Shown: piece after piece, positions 25,986-38,783 of the stretch | How positions within the stretch are numbered: position 1 is the stretch's first letter | How the letters are laid out: the number at the start of each line of letters is the position of its first letter | Source: Lama guanicoe | Lineage: Eukaryota | DNA: 64,000 nt | Direction of reading: 5' to 3' | Assembly: GCA_013239625.1 (NCBI GenBank) | Contig: MU056000.1 | Location: 9,494,232-9,558,231 of the forward strand | Notes under the pieces: model-generated | The model's input: only the letters and a program-made list of their open reading frames with translations | The model's database searches: none | What the model was told of the DNA's origin: nothing | Translations under genes and position numbers: made by a program

Positions 25986-27445
25986 ATGAGGACTATGAAA
26001 AACTGAGGAGAACAGTATTTGAAGACAAATGACCCAATTTCAATTTAAAACCAAGTGCCTTATGTGGACACATTCTCAGTGTTCTCCATATGTTTGTAAA
26101 AAGCAGAAACGTTCTCCTAACAGGTGTATTTGCCTCAATGAATGTCACGGTGGGCACACAAGGTGTTCTATCTACAGTTGGGTCATTGAAACAAAGTGCA
26201 GAATAATGCAAACATACGACTGTTCAGATGCATTTGGAGAAAATCATTTGCCCAATGGTAACTGATGCTCACCGAGGACAGGGGAACACAAGGAAAGTAC
26301 TGTGATTCACTCCGTATTTCTGTTGCCACCCGCCTAGCTACTGCACAGTCAGAATATAAATAAGATGTGAGTTTGTCTTTGGGGCAGTATATAATTTCAT
26401 GTATTTTTTTTCTGCCTTGGGTTTCCTTTTATTCCTTTTTTCACACAACAGCTTTCATTGATTTTTTTTAATGTGCCATGTAGTATACATTTATTTCTTT
26501 CTTTTCCCTCGTGGTGTGGGGGAAAATCCCTGAACAGATGTTGTGTTAAAATTGCCAAACTCATTTTGCTTTAGATGTGCCACGTTCAAAGCTACTTTTC
26601 GGAGAACACATTGGAGAAAGGTACTCCTTGTTGTGTACTGCACGTTTAATAGCAGGAAGACAGTTGGAAATGCACTGTAGCACAGCTCCCGAAAACGGCA
26701 GTGTCCTTGAGCATTCCAAGACAGGCGGAAGGAAGAACTCACCCAAGGCTTCTTAGGACGAGACACAAAGTTTGCATTTACAAGTTTGTTAACCATTAAG
26801 AACAAGGTTACATATTTTTAAAAGATATCCATAGTAATGAAATGCTTAGGGCAGGAAGGAATTTAACCACTCAAAGATGCAATTTGAAAAAGCATTAAAA
26901 ATTAGAATACAGTGGAAGAGGAAAATTCCAAAAATAAACAGCAAACCATTAGTAGCAAAATTTCCCCTACAACCAGTTGGCAGTGAAACTTCATAAGTTA
27001 GGTCCTCATCCTCTTAAACACAAAGACGCAAATTCATAAACGCACATATACCTCACATTTTCCTATTAGCCAAGCTGACCAGGGTGATATTGGACACTCA
27101 AAGTTGTGATAAGAACTTACTGAAGGTAAGCATTTTTTTACCAGCTGGTACAGTGGTTTATATTCTGTGCCGTGGAAAGTAGGAGATTGAAATGGAGCCT
27201 TATTGAAACATAGCCTACCCTTATAAGGAGGCATAGCCAGCCTGGCCATTTTTAACTGGGAAGATGCTGACATGATGGGCAGAAAGGTGAGACTTAGGGC
27301 CAGATTCAGGGAGTCTGCAGGTTTTATAAGGAAATTTATTATCCACGCAAACAAAAGACATTGAAATCAAAGGAGATGATTATGGAATGCTTTTGAGAGA
27401 GAACTGATGGTATTCCAAAAGTGATGAAATGGTATAAATGTGCAC

Positions 27446-27808
27446 TGCGTTCATTTGCTAAGTCTCCATAACGAAGTACTGGATGGCTTAAACAATAGAA
27501 ATCTGTTTTCTCACAGCCCGCTTGTCTCAAGTCCAAAGCTGAGGTGTCAGCAAGGTTGGTTTCGTTTTGAGGTCTCTCTCCTTGGCTTGTAGATGGTCAC
27601 CTTTTCCCTGTGTCTTCACATGATCTACCTCCTGTGTTGTATCTGTGTCCTAATCTCCTCTTCTTATAAGAACGTTAAGACTCACCCCAAGAATCTCATT
27701 AACGTTACTTACCTCTTTAAAGACATCATCTCATCAGTCACTTTCTAAGGTTCTAGGGGTTAGAGCTTCAACATAGGAATTTTGAGAGACACAATTCAGC
27801 CTATAACA
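27446..27808 (-). mobile_element. MaLR solo LTR (MLT1A/B-like)
   Basis: Antisense MLT1 (ggcttaaacaatagaaat; ctccttggcttgtagatgg; tcctcttcttataag; acaattcagcctataaca); perfect 5-bp TSD TGCAC at 27441-27445 and 27809-27813. Confidence 0.9.
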
Positions 27809-30800
27809 TGCACCAAATGAATTGACCTAACACTAAACACATGTTAGTGTCCAGAACTGAGTTACGCATGGTTCTTGTCTCCAAGGAGCATATAAAAAGT
27901 GTGACGTGTAATGCCTATAAATCCCGTTATAAAGCAATTAAAACATCCTTCAGTCTAGAGCACTAGAATGTAAATGCTAAAGGAATACAAATGATTGAAT
28001 AACCAAGTTAATGAAATCAAGGAAGACACAAAGAACATGTGACATTTGATCTGTGACTTGAAAAAATGAACAACAACTCAGTAGAAACAGAAGAATTATG
28101 AAGACTACTTCAGAGGGGTCTATTGAAGCCTGGCAGAGGCACAGACATTTCAGAGGGACTTCATCAAGGCTTAAGACATCTTCAAGTACAAGCAATGAAT
28201 TAGTACAAAGGTTGTTTAAAATGCAACCTGTAAGAGCTATGACACACTCCAGAAAACAAAGGGAAATATTATGTATAAAATTCAATTTTAAGGTTGGGTC
28301 TGCATGAATTTTTCTGTCAAGCTATTGCTCCAAACATGGGGTCTTAAAACAGTATTCAATATATGGCACCAGGAATTCCTGATCTCCCAGGAATCTGGGA
28401 CAGAGATGCATTTAAATCAGAATTAAGATAAAGTTAACCCTGTCGCACATGTATGTGGAGGTGGCTTTATGTACACAATGGACTTATCACATTTAGATGT
28501 GGTTTAGGAAGTCTTGAGACATTTCTGTTCACATTTGTTGTAGAAAATTTAAGATTTGACTGCCTCATTAGCAGGTAAGATAATCCTTTTAGTAAGAATG
28601 GTGAATACAACCATGTGATGTGACTAGGTAAATTGTGTAAAATCGTCAACTACGGACACACTCATCTTTCTGGGTTAATCCATAACAACCCAGTTGACTT
28701 CTCTGCCCAAGGTCAGTCACACAGTCCTTGGAAAGCTATTGATGCAGCTTAAATGGAATTCGGAGGAGCTAAAAAGAATAGGCTCCACGTTGACTTGTGA
28801 TTTACATCTGATTCCTGCCTTAACTGTGCTTGTTCATTCACACATTCTAGCTCAATCTCTCAAAAACCACAGCGTTTATTTGTAGCACACCTTGTGTCAT
28901 AACACCCTGAAAAACAACAACAGAAAAACCCTGGTTACTAATTGTAGACAAGGAGCTACCTAACGATATGTCTATTCTGAGACAATTCCTAGTTACGCGC
29001 TATTCCTGTGTCCATTCAATTGATCGACAGTAAAAAACTAGAAAGGTCCTCTCACCAGGGCTCTGTGAGGTGACAAGTAATGGGTTCAGGATAATTGAAA
29101 CCATTCTGTCCACGAAGATTCAAGCACAACAAACCACTAAGGATATATAGTAGATTCTCATATTAGTTTCCAGGATTTCTTTTTTTTTAAAAAAAAAAAA
29201 AAAAGAGTACTGTGGCTAGGGAAAAAAGTCCTGAGGCTGAGTGTCTTCTGTTTTCCTGGTCCCAAGCCATCTAAGTGGGATGCGAGCTTCTTGCTTCAGG
29301 ACCATTTCCTGAAGCCTTAGATTTTGAAAATGCACTTGCTTAAGATACACGCTTTTGATTATTGGGTGTTTATAAGCTGACTTCTTCAGAACAACTTGCT
29401 TTCCCTTCATAAACTCAGCAAACTAACACAAGTGACACTGTCATACTGTGTGCTCTTTCTCTCACCCAGCCTGCTGGATCTGGGTCTCCTCGACCTGGCA
29501 ACAAAGATAAGCTAAGAGAAAGAGAGAGTTGTGGCAATGAGGGGCGAAGGATGATCATTGCTGAAAACCTTCTTTAAGATTCTGTCATTGTCTATGTGCC
29601 CCATTAAACATGTCACAGGAAGGATCATACCACGACTTTAGTGTTTAAATGTCTTGCCCAAGGGAAGGGTCTATCCAAGCACTAAGTCTTAGTATAGATT
29701 ATATTCAGTGAGCATAGACCGATTTTCTTTAACTTTTGATGTGTTAGGATGCCTTTCATAAACAGAGGCGTTCCAGATTGTTTTTGTGTTAGTAGAAAAT
29801 CCCACTATCACCTAGTGAGTCTCTGATTGTTTTGTCCTATAACACAGGACATTTTAAAATGCTAACGATGTTAACAGATATTTTAAATGTGATATAAATA
29901 TTGTACACACATCTATATGAACACAGATAATTATTATGTTTTTAAACAGTAATAACAGTTGTTTTATTGATCAGAAGATTAATGCTATCTTGCTAATTAA
30001 CCAAATTCCAGAAACATGTGGCTTTAATTTTTTTTTTAATTCACAATGTTACTGCAAATAGAGATTAGTGCTATTTAACCATTAAGTAGTCAAACCAACT
30101 ATTTGAGAACATGGAATAAAAAATGTAATAACATCCATATTACCTATGTAAATGGTTTTTTGATTTGTGCTATTATCAATTTTTGGCATCCATTATTCTA
30201 AAACTGCATTTTCACTTAAAAGAAGAAAAATGTGCAAATGTGTAAGCTGAATTAAAGAAGGATGTGATGGGAGAGTTTCTTGTTGCTAGGAAACCAGATC
30301 CTTTTATGCCTATTTAAATGGCCCTTTCCTTGGTAAAGACTGGATTTGTGTCATTTAGTAAAAAGTAAAAGTTGAAATTAGAATAAACAAATATATATGT
30401 ACTAAATAAACAGTGCAAAGTTGTACTTACAAACTACGAGCCTTTATATATTCAGTCAGCACATTGATTAAGTTATCTTTAAATTATCATTCAAAAATAA
30501 AGATAACACTAGTGGGCATAGTAGATAATGCTAGTGGGCAAAGATCACAATACTGAGACAAAGCATTACTATGTGTTATTTTATACCAAAAATGGGTGAA
30601 ATTTGTTTTTTCAATCGGCAAGTATTTCGGAGTACCTATTGTGTATAGGCACAGAACTGTGTGAAATTCATGATTAAAACTGCGTTTTACAGGATCTTCT
30701 AACATCAGCTACTGACTATCAAATAAACAGCATAGAAGAATCCAGGGCCATAAAGCCATCGTGAGTGCCCCCCCAAAGCACAGTGAGCTACTGCCATCCC

Positions 30801-31311
30801 CATTTTACAGGCAGGAATGCAGACGGTCAGAGGGTCTTAATACCCTAACCAAGGGTCCTTCTAAGTATTTTGTGGGTGGCAGATATTTCTCCAACTAGAC
30901 TGTGTAACTTTTGAGCGTATGAAGAATGATTTACACTGAAAAAAAAAACAATAAAAGACATCACAATAATATTCAACAGTTTGTTGCTGTTATAATTATG
31001 ACTTATAAGCTGTATCTCATCCGATGATTGGATCCCAGATTCTGTTTTGTCCGTTCAAAACTGAATCTAGCCCTTATCTGTTGCTGCCTCTCTTCCCTTA
31101 GCTCCCTTCACATGTCCTATCCACTTTGTCTAGCCCATCCTATTCGATCTGAATTCATAACTAATACTTACAATCATTTGCTATACTTTTATTTTTCATC
31201 ATTCTACTTATTAAAATAAATTGGAAGTAGAGTTTCACATTACTTAGGTCTGCTGTCTGACGTTTCAAACAGTAAGAAATTCCCTTCTAGGGCTCTCTCC
31301 CTTTTTGCCTA

Positions 31312-31392
31312 ATTTTTTTTTAATTTAAGAAAAATAGTCAGTTTACAATGTTGTGTCCATTTCTGGGTACAGCACAATAGTTCAGTCATACT
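31312..31392 (-). mobile_element. Very short young L1 3' end (camelid-like)
   Basis: T-rich tail + agtcagtttacaatgttgtgtccatttctgggtacagcacaa..ttcagtcata, the reverse complement of the tail seen at ~53015-53075. Confidence 0.7.
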
Positions 31393-31689
31393 TTCTCAGG
31401 GTGATCCGTCTCCCACCATAAAATGTTCCCCAAGCCAAACAAGGACTTCATTTGCATTCTTCATCTGAGATAAATGTTGTTTACATTGATAATTTGGGTT
31501 TTCTTGTGAAGAAAAAGCTTCACATAATTTGAGGATTACTATTTTTATTAAACTCTATTCAAATGAATTTTTACAATTATCAAATTAGATTTGGAGGAAG
31601 AAAAAGTAATGGTCCTTTTAGAACAGAGATTTTTAGACCTGTTTGAATGACTTAAGTTCTGGTTTAAATGGGCCCAAGGTTCTTGCATG

Positions 31690-31830
31690 TCAGATCTCTA
31701 GAGTTTATTTACTAATTATCACTATAGTGGCAATCACATTACAATATATAAAAGTATACAATTAACTTACTCCTTACATTTGCACAATGTTATATGTCAA
31801 GTATATGTCAGTTAAAAACAATAATTTTTA
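31690..31830 (+). mobile_element. L1 3' terminal fragment
   Basis: gtggcaatcacattacaatatataaa...tgcacaatgttatatgtcaa; a similar fragment lies at ~24200-24285. Confidence 0.6.
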
Positions 31831-33571
31831 AAAGTTCTTTGTGGGACAAATTATTTCTATCTGAGAAAAAAAGAAAATAATGGGAAAAAGAAAGGAAAGT
31901 TATAAGAAAGAAAACCAGCCATAGGTCATATACAGGGTAAAAATTGGCTTGATGTGGTGGAATTATTTTTCCCTTTTTGTTGTGTGACTTGGCAAGAATA
32001 GAAGGAGTTGTGAACAAGGGACTTGAAGGAAAAAAAGAGAAACTTTTCTAAGAATAACTTAGAAATAATAATCAGGGAATTTTCATGTTTTTCTACATGA
32101 GTGGAAGGATTTGGTACACTAAAATATTATTCTGATTACAGAAGGATTTGACCAGAAATATAAAAAGTCAAGGTGAGCTGATGCCTTCAAACTGGGGAGG
32201 AAAATGAAGAAAATTAAGTTATATGAAGCAGCAGTTAATTAAAACATAATTTTCAATCCTAGCACATTTTAAACATGTTTGCCTTTCTGTATGATTTTTG
32301 TAACTGCTTCATTTTTCTGGTATCTGCAGTATTCTAATACTAGGCTCCTTTCTCAAAGAATTATGAAGCATTTGTCCAAGTAATAATTAAGCAGTTAATT
32401 ATTATATTTCAGTTAGCTGCTATGGGAGTGTAGTTGCTGTACCAGAATATGGTAAAAAAAAAAATGTATTGTCCAACCTATGACAGCAAACCTTAATTAC
32501 GGAGCAATCAGAGTGGCAGAAACTGCCTCAAGGGTACAAATTATTCAAATACAAGACGAGGAAGAAAAAACAAACATTACGCAGTTGAGGTTCTGTTCCA
32601 AAGCTGAAAATGTAGATAGTGTAGAAAAATCAGTGTGCAGTACATAAAGGCAGCAGAAGTACTGGGCATTTCTGGTCCCCAGTGACATCCTGTTGCTGCA
32701 CGTGGAGCATCCAACCTCTCAGAGATAAGGTGTCAAGGTCAAGTTATGAAAGATGTATTTCTACAGCTATTAACACCTAGTAAATATTCAATGAGATTTG
32801 AATTACTTGTGGGAGATATTTTCTCATGGGAAGAAATGCTATTGGTTATGAACCAAGAATTGCTTTACACATAAATTACACTTAGTAGTAATAACAATCC
32901 AAGTATAATTTTTCCTAATTTACAGAAGTAGAAAACTTCCCTAGGTTGTTGTATATCTGGGGAAGTAGCCATGTTCCTAGAGATGAAGATCAAGTGTTCA
33001 CTGTTTCCCCAAGGGACTGATGCGGTGAAGTCTGGTAAACTCCTTCAGTTTCCATATTAAGCAACACCTCGCTGTAATTTAATCTTGTAGTATCACTGTT
33101 AAGCATTAATCAGAATACTCTATATTTTCAAGAACCTCCCATCCATCCACCCAGTACTCTACATCCCCCTGATCCCTTGATCCATGTTTCTACTGTAATA
33201 TCTGCACCTTTAGTAGAGCATTTCAGTTCTGGGAGCTCATTTAACTTCTCTGGGAAATGGTATGGTTACTAGTGGAGGGTATAATTCTGGGCCTGAGGAA
33301 GTGCGCCAAGCAGTCTGCCATTGTTCCTTCAACTCTCCATTCTGCAGCATGTAAATGTTTTAGAATGTTTAGTCTCAACTGATATTAATTTCTGGTGTAG
33401 TAACCTGAAACACTGATGAAACAGTTATTGCTTTCGAGACTCATAAGAATGTGTTATTTTTTCCGTTAGTCTGAAAAATAAGTTACTTTGGACAGAAAAC
33501 CTTTGCCATTTGGTGGGATTCTTGAGTTGTTCGCAGCATCCTCAGGAATTCATTAGTGTCTTCAAGAAAAG

Positions 33572-34133
33572 TGTCAGGGAGGAAGAAATTTCTCTCTGCC
33601 CTTTTGGGTTATTCTGGCTGGTCTAAGAATTAAATTGAAATGAGACAGATTAACAGGAGAAAATCAAACAAAACTTTAATAACATATATATAGGGGAGAA
33701 ACCCAGGAAGACAGAGTAACTCGGCTAAAGGGTCAAAACCCTCATGGTAAATATAATCTTCACCTAAAAAAAACCAAAAAAGATGTTGAGGGTAGCAGTT
33801 TGGGACTTCAATGGGGAGGAAGGCAATTCGCATGGAAATGAAAATGTTTACCAAATGTTTGGTAAACAAATGTCTTTGAGCCATGCAGAGACAGTGGGAC
33901 ACAGAGTTTAGCCCTTCTGAGTTTCCCCCACCACACCTAGCTCATATTCTTTGCAGACATCTCTGGTGACAGCTGTATTCTGGGAAGAGGCCCTTCTCTA
34001 TCTAAATTCTTTTATACAGTTAAGGGAAAGGTCAAAGTTTCTTCCTGAGTCCTTTGGGTCTTGATTGTTTTCAGCTTGAAGTAATCTGCATGCTAAAGGG
34101 ATGTTTTGGGGTGGCAAATTTTGTTCCCCTACA
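33572..34133 (-). mobile_element. ERV1-type solo LTR
   Basis: TGT...ACA termini, flanks aaag/aaaa, ATTAAA poly(A) signal on minus (ctttaat ~33674), end ttttggggtggcaaattttgttcccctaca typical of Laurasiatherian ERV1 LTRs. Confidence 0.75.
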
Positions 34134-35234
34134 AAAATAAATACTATTTTGCTCCTGAAATTTTACCAGTAATTTTACTACTCGTGGAAAGAGAAGAAGT
34201 CCAGTCATACAGACTGGTGTACTATCCCTTCTTTTTTTAATTTCCTACCTGATCAACATTAAGAAAGTTGCCTAACGCCTCTAAAGCTCACATTCAGCTT
34301 CTGTAAGATGATTGCCTCACAGAATTACATGATGGAAGATATATGAGTCTAGTACAGGACTGCCATATCCTTTTTATATATACATCTATAGTTAACACTT
34401 AATGTATTATTGGCTCTTGTTGGCTGACCTAATTATTTCAAATAGATGGAAAATTCATAGAGATTAGTCAATGTCTTAAAACTCTTTAATATCTCGTGGG
34501 ACATTAGGATACTGCTGAGTTAGATGTAGGCACTGATAAACTCCCAGTAATTAGCAGGTCCAAACAGAATTCAGCATAATAACTCAGAGTCTCCCTGATC
34601 ACTCCTGTGTACCACTTACTTCTACTACATCCCTCCTGTGGACTTTGGGAAGTGACTCAAAGATGTTACAGGGCTATTCATATGGGAGAGAATTTATAAG
34701 GGAAACTTGGAAAGGGGGAATTTGGACAGTTGCCATGATCAACAGTCTAGACTAACACTGTCAGCTCCTAGAAGAATAATCAAAAGATAGCAGGTGTTTA
34801 AAGGCTTCCAAGAGCTTAAGAAGGGTGGTGGAAGGGCACCCCCAGATTAGTTTTCAAGTATCGTATTAATGTGTAACCTCAGCCCTGATACAAGAGGCTC
34901 TGGGAGCACAAAACGACAGTCTTTTCCTTCAGAAACTGTTTTTTTTCCCCATTATTAATCATATCCCCCAACTATCCTTATATAAGCTGGCAATATTAAT
35001 CCCATTCTGAAAGTCAATATTAATGGCACAGTATTTCAAAACAAATGAAGAATCTGAGTTACACTGAGGTTACTTTTCTTCTTCAAGGTCACTGAAATGT
35101 TGAGACTAGAACCCAAATGGTTTTAGCTTTCTAAGTCAAATTTCTCTTCATCAGTTTGAATATAAGCTATTAGTTTGGATGACATTAGTACCAGAAAAAC
35201 AATTGCAAGATTTACAAATATTCTTAAAAATCTG

Positions 35235-35340
35235 AATATATACACACACACCCACAAATAGACACCTATATATACATATATACATACACATGTACACACA
35301 TGTACATATACATGTAGGTACACAAATGCACAAATATATG
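35235..35340. repeat. (TA)/(CA) compound simple repeat
   Basis: tatatacacacacacc...tatatacatatatacatacacatgtacacacatg. Confidence 0.85.
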
Positions 35341-37774
35341 ATTGGAGGGAATCAATTGTGAGTTTCCATAGTAAATATAATAACCAGATACAGGAAAGTA
35401 ATAGACACTCTAAATCATATGGTGTCAGTATTCATTAGTGTTTAAGAAAATACTCCTATCCTAATGAGTTATTTTATAGCAAATATACTTCTCTGGTTTA
35501 ATTTTTGCATATTGGTTTCAAAATATAAGTTTAAAAAAGAAAAAATTATCAAGTAGCATACAAAACTTTTTTCATACTAAAACACAAAAGAGTAAACATG
35601 TGTTTTAAATTTATCAGCTGTTTTTCAAAAATGTTTTATTTTATTTCAGAATCAATCCAATTTACAGCAAACCATCCTTAGAAAAATTTATGAATACAAC
35701 AAATTTTACTTTATATATAGGTCATTGTTATTTGATATATTTAAAATCACCTTTTAACCATGCTTTTTTCAATGGAAAAAACTCATAAAGTGTATTAATC
35801 ATAAGTCAACTGTAAATTATACTTTCCCTTTGCATGTCATAATCCCAGTCTTCCCATTTCTTCTTCCTCAGGAGTATCTGACACAAATAGGAGAAGCTGA
35901 TCTCTCCTCTGCAGCTGAGTGACCACCACCTGCCCACAGCACCTCCATGTCTTTAAGGGACTCAAGTTCATGTATGTATATAATCACCAAGTTTCCTGGC
36001 TTAATGCATTCCTGAAATTGGTGTAAGCCACAATTTATTGTGACCATGAAAAGCTAGTTAACTTCTCTGAAAAATTGCCAGAGGAGTTTGGGGGAAGGAA
36101 GTAAAGGGCAGAGCAGATTACTTAATCCCCAAACTTCCCTCAAACTCTTCAAAATTCATTGTTCCTAATTGAGGATGGAGCTAATGTCTTCAGAAAACCA
36201 TTTGCTCTCTGATTCAGGGAACATCAAGAGAAGCTTTCTGTTAACAGATGCTCTGCTGTTATAAATTCATTACAAAGATAGCTAAAACCCTGAAAAAAAA
36301 ATTGTAGGAAAACTGCTAGTTTCTAAGAAGACACATGAAGCCAAAAGAAACTCTTCATTTGACTGGAAAAATTCCAAACACCAAGAGACATTCATTTTAA
36401 TGAGTTGTCATGAGGTGTTAAGAGGTATAGAGATCTGTGCACTGCCAAAATTTGCCCTTCCTCCATATTTCTCGCTTTTTCTCTAGCTTGTGCTGATGGA
36501 AATAGGAGTTCTCTCTTTTAGGACAGTTGTTTTTCACCTTGCTTTGGTTTAAAAAACATACTCACCCCTGGGAAAAAAACAGCGTATCTCACAAACCATA
36601 ACTCGGTTACAGAAATCTCAGACTTCTGCTCTATACTTTTTGCATAAAATTTACTTCTGCATTCTCCTTTTATGCCTTGAAACCTGAATTTTATAACTGC
36701 CCTTTTCTCATTTCCTATGTAAGAAATCAGACTATGGATTAAGATCCCAATGGAACTGAACTACATTCTTTGTGATTAAGTCCCAGAATTGCCTTGAATT
36801 TTGCCCATATCATTCTCACTCTTGGCTCTTTGAACCACTCAGCAACATTTGTTAGGCACTTAAGATGTATGAAGGAGTCAGGGGAGAGCTTGCACTTAGA
36901 GAAAGGCCAATTCTGCAGACCACCATTGAGCTAAATCCAAGAGCATGAAGGGCATGCTTGTGCAGAGCTCCAATGGGAGATCAGAATTCTTCCTGCTTCT
37001 GTCAAATTTCCTCTGCATCCCTCCCTCCCTCCACCTTCACAACATCTCCATCGCTCTGTACCTTGGATCAACTGGACTGATCTAATTATGTGCTTTATCC
37101 CTCTTCACCTCAGTCGCCACATAAGACCCAGGTCTCCAAGGTCATTCTTCACCCCTCAAAGGTCAACCCATATCTGGCTACATAAGCTGCCGTTTTCCAT
37201 CTCCCACCCTCCGTCTTCTGAATTCTTTTCATTCACTGTGCCCTGAGACACTCAATCAATTACCAGCCCTCTCCCTTAACCTCAGCATCTTCCCCCAAAT
37301 GTCCTCCTCACATTCTTAATCTGACTGAGCCCCGGACCCCCTGAGGGCACTGATTTCCTTCCAGCCTCTGAGCAGTGGCTGTTTACCTCCCACTCTCTGT
37401 GTACTATGGAGTCTGGAGCTGCAGTGAGTGTCCCTTTTGTTCCTCATCATTTCCAGAACTTTATCTGTCCTTTATCCATCAAAACTCCCCACATTAGGCC
37501 ATTTCATCAGATGTTTTACCTTCCTGTTGTAGTCATCTCCCATGCTCATAGGGCTCCACCTCCCTTTCTTGCTAGAGGAGTTCAGCTTCTGGCTACTGTC
37601 ACTCTTTCCAATACTACTCTATCATAATTAAAACCCACATTGATCATCCATCCATTCTCTCAATTCCTTGAATTCCACTCCTCTAAAGTTATTCTCTTTA
37701 ACTCCACCTTGTCCATTTATTCCCATGATCATATCTTAATGAACTAAATAAATGTTTTTGACCATCACCACCAC

Positions 37775-38783
37775 TACCTCTCTGCCCTCTGCCCCCTACC
37801 GAATTCATATGCTAAAGCCTTAACCTCTAAAGTGATGGTATTATACTTAAGCAGGACCCTGTAGAGCCTTCCTGGGGCAGACCTCCCCCCATCCACCCTA
37901 CCTGCCATGTTCTCTGCCTGCCTGTTTGTAGAAGAACTTTAGACTCCTAGGCCTTCTCCAAGTTCCAAAGAATAAATTTAATCAGAGAAATGTGAAAATT
38001 CAGAAACAAAAGAGAATAGTAAAGCAAGACAAAATAACAGCTTAGTCATTAAACAAAGTCAAGGACTTTTAATTCCTCCTCAAGGGCTATGGATAATATT
38101 TTGAGCCATATCCTTTGAACTTTTGTGCAGATACTGAAACCCCAACACCACATGGAAGAAGTTACCTATGTGCTGACCACCAGCACGTAGACCCCAGACC
38201 ATTGGAACGAGAAGGTTGATGATATTGACTTCTGGTTATCTTACCACCAACCAATCAGAAAAATGCCCATGAGCTGATCATACATCCTGCAACCCTCTCC
38301 ACATCCTGATTTTAAAACATTTCCCTGAAAGTCATTGGGGAGTTTGGGTCTTCTGTGCACTGGCTGCCTGGACTCCTTACTTGGTGTCTGCAATAAATGC
38401 TGCACTTTCCTTCACCACAGCCCAGTGTCAGGCTTTACCCTGTGCAGGGGAGTGGATCCAAGTTTGGTTCACTAACACTATTGGAGTTCGGGCCTTTGAA
38501 AGATAATTAGGTTTAGATGAATTCATGAGAGTAGGGCTTCATGATGAGATTAGTGTCCTTAGAAGAAGAGGAAAGATCAGAGCTCTCCCTCTCTCTCTAC
38601 CATGTGAGGACACAGCAAGAAGGAAGGCTGTTTGCAAGCCAAGAAGAGAAATCTCACCAGGAACAGACTTCAGGTACCCTGATCTTGGACTTTCCAGGCT
38701 ACAGAACTATGAGAAATAAATGTTTATTGTTTAAGCCACCTAGTCTGTGTTTTTTCTTATGGAAGCTCAAGCTGACTAAGACA
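37775..38783 (+). mobile_element. MLT1A-like LTR split by an ERV1 LTR
   Basis: Left half aattcatatgctaaagcc...gtgatggtat; right half tggag..gggcctttg..agataattaggtttagatga...gtttaagccacctagtctgtg...ctaagaca. Confidence 0.85.
37842..38477 (+). mobile_element. ERV1-type solo LTR, copy B (same family as 12335-12979)
   Basis: Colinear with copy A; ends taaca; AATAAA at ~38392; 4-bp TSD gtat/ctat. Confidence 0.9.

Noticed and set aside
12335..38477. One 26-kb provirus bounded by the two similar LTRs
   Set aside because: Each LTR has its own TSD, and the interval holds older unrelated repeats rather than ERV1 gag/pol/env.
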